Shown here: piece by piece, positions 62,273-64,000 of the stretch
Numbering within the stretch: position 1 is the first letter of the stretch
Layout of the letters: every line of letters begins with the position of its first letter
Source: Klebsormidium nitens
Taxonomy: Eukaryota > Plantae > Klebsormidiophyceae
Assembly (NCBI GenBank): GCA_000708835.1
Contig: DF236974.1
Span: 298,626 to 362,625, forward strand
Direction of reading: 5' to 3'
Length of the DNA stretch: 64,000 bases
Translations under genes and position numbers: made by a program
Notes under the pieces: model-generated
The model's input: only the letters and a program-made list of their open reading frames with translations
Databases searched by the model: none
What the model was told of the DNA's origin: nothing

Positions 62273-63640
62273 ATGGCGTCCTCACAAGTAAGGCGAGTGC
62301 TGCTCATCACAATCCTGAAGGTGATCTTGCAGCTTATTCAGCTTTTGTCGGACAGTAGCATTGCGGCCGCTAGGAACCAGCTTTATGACGTTCCAGGAGG
62401 CCTGCTGCTGGTTGAGGGTTGTCTTTCACTGCCTCACCTCTTCAGAGGTGATAGGTCCGTGTGGAAGTACGATAGACAGACTGGCTTCTGTGATGTCTCC
62501 TTGTTGGCATCCTACAATGAGAAGATGTTCAAGAGCAGGATCCGATTGAGCAGGACACTCTTTTACAATATCTGCTCCCAGCTCGCTCCAGTCCTGGAGA
62601 AGTTGGGAACGCACCTGAACGCAGCAATTCCTCTTCACACTAAGGTTGCAGCAATTGTATACAAGTTAGCTCATGGGGTTAGTAATCCCGTGATCTCAGA
62701 CTTGTTTGGGATTGGGACATGTACAGTCAGTGTGTTCCTGAGAGACTTTGTCAGAGCTGTCCTTCATATTCTCAAGCCTCAGTACATCAAGTGGCCCTCA
62801 ACTCGAGCTGCACTTCAGAAGTTAGCAGAAGGTTTTGAGGGGCTTAGGGGTATTCCGCGGATTGTAGGGGCTATAGATGGCAGTCACATACCAATCATTG
62901 CTCCAAAGAGTTGGCCAGCAGATTACTACAATAGAAAGGGTTTCCACTCTATCCTGCTCCAGGGTATTGTGGACCATAACAGCTGCTTTTTCAACTATGA
63001 CATAGGGTGGGCAGGCAGCCTTCACGATTACAATCTTTTCAAGCGGAGCAAAGCTTTTGATCGCTGTGAGGAGGGGTCGTTGCAAGGGTTTTCACTGGTG
63101 GGTGATGCTGCATACCAGCCAAGAACCTACATGCTGACCCCCTTCCTTGGCTGCAAAGAGGGTCTAAGCAGGGAGCGCTACTACTGGAACTTCATCCAGA
63201 GCAGCACAAGGATGCCAGTGGAGTGTGCTTTTGGGGTGCTCAAGCTGCGTTGGGCTTGCCTTCTAAAGCGCCTGGACGTTGACACCAACTTCGCACCCGA
63301 CCTCGTTGCCTGCTGCCTTGTTTTGCACAACATGTGCCAGGTGCACAAGGACGAGGTGAACGAAGAGTGGTACAGGGAAGCTCAGGAGGTGCTTGGAGCA
63401 AACGCTCCTTTGTCTACTCCAGCGGACGTTGAGAATCAACAGCCACCTGCCAACAACACTAACCCGTCTGTACACGTCGAAGTTGAGGAGGACCCTGACG
63501 AAGATACACCACAAGAGATGCCAGCGTATAGATTGGGTGTTCAGTATAGGGCCACACTTTGCAGGCTACTGTACGATCAGGAGCGTTCTCGCAATGCTAG
63601 TTCTCTTGGCTTCGATGTAGATGAAAGCGAGGAAGCTTAG
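62273..63640 (+). mobile_element. PIF/Harbinger DDE transposase (DDE_Tnp_4, HARBI1-like); intact ORF
   Basis: 455 aa: FKSRIRLSRTLFYNIC, YKLAHG..LFGIG, VGAIDGSH, YYNRKGFHS, GSLHD, VGDAAY, RMPVECAFGVLKLRW, CLVLHN. Confidence 0.9.
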
Positions 63641-64000
63641 GCGAGGCCCGGACAAATCTGCAATTGGGCTGCCAATGGACTGGACAATCTAATTGGACTT
63701 TGAGAGTGTACGTCATGCTTCGAGGAAGTAGATCTTCTTCATTGCAGCTTATGCATGCATCTTTGGGCTAAATTGCATCCATTGCGTGCATCATACTTCG
63801 ACCCCGGCCAGATCTATTGAACAGATCCCGTGCACTGAAATTGGATGACTGGCATGCATAGCGAGTTTGGGCTGCATATTGTGCAAATTCAAATAGTGCT
63901 GATCTCATTCATTGTTTCATTGTATTGCTCAAGAATTGTGTGCATGTACAAGGCTTTGGCCCGTTCTTCATTTGCTTATGAGAGTCGTGCACATTTGAAG

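Larger units (their letters stand above)
41849..64000. mobile_element. Composite mobile/virus-like island (KDZ + YR/PrimPol-helicase module + Harbinger); right edge not seen
   Basis: No recognisable host gene after the SULTR start at 40719; every identifiable ORF belongs to a mobile or viral family. Confidence 0.75.

Noticed and set aside
1-64000. rRNA, tRNA or snRNA genes
   Set aside because: None recognised by eye; tRNAscan-SE/Infernal would be needed to exclude them.

Overview
Eukaryotic nuclear DNA with many GT-AG introns, most likely from a flagellate streptophyte alga such as Klebsormidium. This is an inference from a centriolar WDR90 gene lying beside land-plant-like SULTR4, eIF2D and dipeptide-epimerase genes. 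Bases 1-40.7 kb are ordinary host sequence: WDR90 (partial), an L-Ala-D/L-Glu-type epimerase, a coiled-coil gene, eIF2D, a group-4 sulfate transporter, and four intronless paralogous membrane-protein genes (one with a premature stop). From about 41.8 kb to the end is a dense mobile/virus-like island with three parts. (1) An intron-containing SWIM/CxC/KDZ transposase bracketed by a diverged inverted repeat. (2) A ~10-kb module with an intact Polinton-like-virus-type tyrosine recombinase, two convergent PrimPol-Zn finger-SF3 helicase genes (one intronless and frameshifted, one with four spliceosomal introns) and small orphan ORFs, but no recognisable capsid, ATPase or pPolB gene. (3) A PIF/Harbinger transposase. 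A shared CATGTCCGA-type bipartite motif occurs in the introns of both the KDZ gene and the spliced primase-helicase and upstream of the latter. All family assignments come from motif recognition by eye; no searches were run. Exon coordinates are manual.
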